Shown: positions 59,515 through 64,000 of the stretch, piece by piece
How the letters are laid out: the number at the start of each line of letters is the position of its first letter
Position numbering within the stretch: the first letter of the stretch is position 1
Assembly (NCBI RefSeq): GCF_963921235.1
Contig: NC_086109.1
Span: 18,230,001 to 18,294,000 of the forward strand
Length of the DNA stretch: 64,000 nt
Source: Mobula hypostoma
Lineage: Eukaryota
Direction: 5' to 3'
Notes under the pieces: model-generated
The model's database searches: none
What the model saw: the letters and a program-made list of their open reading frames with translations, nothing else
What the model was told of the DNA's origin: nothing
Translations under genes and position numbers: made by a program

Positions 59515-60456
59515 GGAAAAGAGTAAACAGTCAATGTTTTGGGCTGAGACCCTTCATCAGGAATGGAAAGGAAAGGGAGAAGTCAGAATGAGAAGGTTGG
59601 GGGAAGGGAGGAAGAAGTATGAAGTGATGTGTGAAACCGGGGAAGGGGGTGGGGTGAAGTACAGAGCTGGGAAGTTGATTGGTGTAAGAGTAAAGGGTTG
59701 GAGAGAAGGGGGAATCTGAATGGAGAGGACAGAAGACCATGGAAGGGGAAGAGCACTAGAAAGAGGTGATGTTCAGGTAAGAGAAGGCGTGAGAGAAAAA
59801 CGAGAATAGCAAAGGAGAGGGGGTGGGGGCAATTACCGGAAGTTTGACAAATCAATGTTCATGCCATCAGGTTGGAGGCTATCCGGATGTAATATAAGAT
59901 GTTGCTCTTCTACTTCATCACGGCAGTAGAAGAGGTGATAGGCTGACATGTCGGAATGGGAAGTACAATTGAAGTGGGGGGGCCACCGGGAAATCCCTTT
60001 TTTTGTTTTGTCTGGCAGATGGAGCAAAGGTGCTCAACGAAGCAGTCTCCCAATCTACATTGGGCCTCACCAATATATAGGATGGCGTGAAGGTGCTCGA
60101 CGAGGCAGTCTAATCTGATCTTCTACCCTTTCCCTTTCTTCCATGATGTTCTGTCCTCTCCTATCAGATTCCCCCTTCTCCAGCTCTTTCACCAATCAAC
60201 TTCCCAGCTCTTTACTTCAACCCCTCCCTCTCTCCCGGTTTCATCTGTCACCTGCCACCTTGTACTTCTTCCTCCCATCCCCCCCCCACCTTCTTAATCT
60301 GATTTCTCCCCTTCCTTTCTATTCCTGATGAAGAGTCTTAGCCCGAAATGTTGACTATTTACTCTTTTCCATGGATGCCGCCTGACCTGCTGAGTTTCTA
60401 CTATATTTTGTGTGTGTTACTTTGGATTTCCAGCATCTGCAGATTTTCTCGAGTCA
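59515..60456. mobile_element. Old inverted Penelope-like insertion with GIY-YIG remnant
   Basis: Minus pLTR + EEQHLILHPDSLQPDGMNIDLSNFR (59515-~60085) joined to plus pLTR (~60125-60456); decayed hammerheads at 59528-59565 (-) and 60321-60356 (+); degenerate TSD atggactgactt / atggatccactt. Confidence 0.75.
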
Positions 60457-61147
60457 ATGGATCCACTTTCAAGGGTTGTCCACCTCATGTTCCCGATATT
60501 TATTGCTTATTTGTTATTGTTCTTTTCTTTTTTTTTCTTTTTGTATTTGCACAGTTTGTTCTCTTTTGCACATTGGTTGTTTGTCTGTCTTGTTATGTGC
60601 GGTCTTTCATTGATTCTATTGTGTTTCTTTGTATTTTCTGTGAGTGCCACAAGAAAATAAATCTCAGGGTTGTATATGGTGACATGTACATACCTTGATG
60701 ATAAATTTACTTGGAACCTTGAACTTCTTGAACTTAAGAGGCTGAAAGTTGGAAGGGTTTAGTGTGAAGACATTGAGTATGTCTATTCTAGAATTGTAAA
60801 ATTAGGCCAGACTTTAAGATTTATGAGTTAAAAGTCTTAGGTTCAAGCTTATTGACATTCAACCCCCATATACTGTATGTATACTACCAAATGAAACGAC
60901 GTTCCTCCAGACCAAGGTGCACAATACCATGCATACAGTATATCTCACACACAACACATGAAGAAATATTTCCACAAGTAAACTAACAAATAATAAAATA
61001 CATTACAGAAGATTGACGTAGCATATGGTGCAATTACAACACAAGTTTAGAAAGTAAACAGTGCAATGCTGTTGGCACTTCATGCGTGAAGAAACCTGGA
61101 TGGTGGCTGTTTGCCATCCTAACAGGCCTTGTCTTTGTCCTTGTCCT

Positions 61148-61526
61148 TTTCCTGATGCTTCGTTCCCCCCCCCCAACTTATTCCTCACTCTGACCTTTTA
61201 CTTCTTCTCACCTGCCTATCACTTCCCTCTGGGTCCTCTCCTTCCCTTTCTCCTATGGTCTACTCTCCTATCAGATTTCTTCTTCTCCAGCCTTTGACCT
61301 TTCCCACCCACCTGGCTTCACCTATCACCTTCCAGCTAGTCATTTCCCTCTCCCACCTTTTCATTCTGCAATCTTTTCCCCCTTCCTTCTCAGTTCTGAA
61401 GAAAAGTCTTAGCCTGAAACTTCAACTGTTTATTCAATACCATAGATGATGCCTGACCTGCTGAGTTCCTCCAGTATTTTGTGTGTATGGCTCTGGCTTT
61501 CCAGCATCTGCAGATGTTCTTGTGTT
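61148..61526 (+). mobile_element. Penelope-like pLTR, non-inverted, with decayed hammerhead at 61391-61428
   Basis: cagtt-CTGAAGA-aaagtcttagcct-GAAA-cTTC-aactg; TSD tttg(t/c)ccttgtcct at 61134-61147 and 61527-61540. Confidence 0.75.
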
Positions 61527-61956
61527 TTTGCCCTTGTCCTAATTCCCCGAACCTCCTGCCATTAGGCAGGAGGTCATGGAGATTGTTGGACAGAAGGGAG
61601 GGATCCATGACAATGCTAAGGGCCCTGAATATGTAGCGTTCCTGATAAATACGTCAGATGGGTGAAAAGCTTTTCTTTGAAGACTCTCCAGTCAGGGTAT
61701 TCCATACGCGAGTATCTCAAGGTAGTGTAAAAGGAAATAAACCTGAGAATGCAGAATACTGTGTTACATTGCAGAGATGGAGGTAGATTGAGAGATCAAG
61801 GGTTCAGATTTTAGTTTGAGATGTCCGGTCACACCAGTAGAATAGAAGCTGTCCTTGAACCTGGTGGTAAATTTTCTCAAGCTTTTGTCTTTTGCCCAGT
61901 GGAGAAAGTCGGAAAGAAGAGAGAATGACTAAATCTTTGGTAATCCAGTTAGCTTT

Positions 61957-62335
61957 CCAAGTCAGTACTTTATACTTACTTTATACTTATATTGTCGCCA
62001 AACAATTGATACCAGAGCGTACAATCATCACAGCGATATTTGATTCTGCTCTTCGTGCTCCCTGGAGTACAAATCGATAGTAAATATTAAAAATTTGAAT
62101 TATAAATCATAAATAGAAAAGGGAAAGTAAGGTAGTGCAAAAAAACTGAGAGGCAGGTCCGGATATTTGGAGGGTACGGCCCAGATCTGGGTCAGGATCC
62201 GTTCAGCAGTCTTAACACAGTTGGAAAGAAGCTGCTCCCAAATCTGGCCATATGAGTCTTCAAGCTCCTGAGCCTTCTCCCGGAGGGAAGAGGGACAACA
62301 AGTGTGTTGGCTGGGTGGGTCGTGTCCTTGATTAA
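61957..62335 (-). mobile_element. Rex1-related LINE 3' fragment with (AAGTATA)-type tail
   Basis: Minus IKDTTHPANTLVVPLPSGRRLRSLKTHMARFGSSFFPTVLRLLN. Confidence 0.75.
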
Positions 62336-62595
62336 AGTGTAGACAGAGTCTATGGATGGGAGACTGGCTTGTATGATAGTCTCTTTACTGAAGGGGTTTA
62401 TTGGTATTGGTTTATTAATACTACTGGTTTATTATTGTCACATGTACCAATTTACAGTGAGAAGCTGGTTTTGCACAGTGCTCATACAGATCAAATAATT
62501 ACACAGTATATTGAGGAGAATAAAGTTAAGCAATCAAATAACGATGCAGAATGAAGTACAGTGCTGGTAAATGATGTGGAAGATCACAATGAAGT

Positions 62596-63050
62596 ACTCT
62601 CAGTGAGTAGAACTCAGTGTGGTCTTCTGCTGCTGTGGCCCATTCACTTCAAGGTTCGACGTGCTGTGCGTTCAGAGATGCTCTTCTGAACACCACTGTT
62701 GTAAAGTGTGGTTAATTGATTTACTGTCACCTTTCTGTCAGATTTAACCAGTCTGGCCATTCTCCTCTGACCTCTCATTAACAAAGCATTTTTGCCCAGA
62801 ACTTCCGCTCACTGGATTTTTTTTTTTTTTTTTGGTTTTTCAGACCATTCACTGTAAACTCTGGAGACTGAAAATCAATGAGGTCAACAGTTTCTGAGAC
62901 CCTCAAACCACCCCATCTGGTATCATCAATCATTCCACAGTCAAAGTCCCATAGATCACATTTCTTTCCCATTCTGATGTTTGGTCTGAACAATAACTGA
63001 ACCTCTTGACCATGTCTGCATGCTTTTATGCATTGAGTTACTGCCATGTG
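62596..63050 (-). mobile_element. Tc1-like DNA transposon, internally deleted relic
   Basis: MGKKCDLWDFDCGMIDDTRWGGLRVSETVDL resembles the Tc1 transposase N-terminal HTH (MGKKGDLSDFERGMVVGARRAGLSISETADL). Confidence 0.75.
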
Positions 63051-64000
63051 AAGTATAGGCATTGTTTTAACATATTGTAGCTATTTTGAATTGTAGAAGT
63101 ATACTGCCTATTATCACCATTTCAAGCGGTGGATTGCCCTCCAACTAAGTAGAAAATATTTCCAGCTAACAAAGCAGATTAATAACAGTTATTATTTTAA
63201 AATTTTTGTTGTCTTGTTTCTTTAAGCAGATATTATTCTGAGGAGTAAACTTTTTATGGAGGTTATAAATCTACAAAGGATTTCCAAAATACAAGTGCAA
63301 TACTTACAAACTAGAAAAACATACTGACGAAGTTTAGACCAAGTCATCTGTCACAGAAAAAATGCTTTGGAAGGCGATCACTCTTGGGTGAGACTGAGGA
63401 TTCTGCATCTTCTCTGTGATTCCTAAAAGAGAATGTCTGGGATGGAGGGATCCTTGATTATGTTGGCTACTTTCCTGAGGCAGCAGGAAATACAGACAGT
63501 CAGTAGAGGGGAGACTTGTTTGCATGATCATAACTTGGCTGTTGGCTGTGTTCACAACCCTGTGCAATTTCTTGCGGTCTTGGTCAGAGTAGTTGACATA
63601 ACCAAGAGAGGAAACAAGTCAACTCAATCCTGAAGTACTCTCTGAGAAGGAGAAGCAGCTATGGTTGACCTCACTCATGGTTCACATAATATTTTATCTA
63701 TAACTTCTGAACAATTTCATCCTAAGCAACATTTGCCTATAGTGTGCTAAAATGTATTCAAGTATAGACTGTGACTTGTATGAATTATTAAATTACAAAT
63801 TTTACATATATCTGACTCTCATTTTTTTTTGAATGACTGAAGTCAGCAATAAGTGTATTTGCTGGTGGAATGTTTATTTAACAGCCCCTTTGTTTGGTGG
63901 GGAAGGCAGAGGAGAGCCTTGCTTTGCCCAGTCAGCAGTTATAGTTCGTCCCTTGTCATACCTGTATTAATCAGGATTTACAATTGTCTTCTCCAGGTTC

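Noticed and set aside
1..64000. CRISPR array or prokaryotic operon/defence system
   Set aside because: No regularly spaced direct repeats or operon-like gene density; the sequence is vertebrate

Overview
Eukaryotic, repeat-saturated vertebrate DNA. The repeat spectrum (CR1 LINEs with (TTTCTATG)n tails, V-SINE/HE1-like SINEs, Rex1/Babar, L2, RTE, L1/Tx1, abundant Penelope-like elements) points to a cartilaginous fish, probably a ray (inference). The only host gene I recognise is MFSD4A: coding exon 1 at 41895-42121 (+), with a TATA-like box upstream. The remaining ~22 kb appears to be intron 1. Almost all other ORFs are transposon relics or noise. Main points: (i) the Penelope-like (PLE) terminal repeats carry a minimal type I hammerhead ribozyme (agtc-CTGACGA-agg..cct-GAAA-cGTC-gact), with about a dozen intact-to-decayed copies; (ii) at least five independent PLE insertions have an inverted, hairpin-forming architecture with 11-14 bp target-site duplications, and four share an inverted-arm endpoint; (iii) an L1/Tx1 insertion has twin-priming 5'-inversion geometry; (iv) there is a young CR1 copy with an uninterrupted 919-codon ORF2, a 700-bp solo LTR and many nested insertions. 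Coordinates of old repeats are approximate; all family calls are by motif recognition, not database search.
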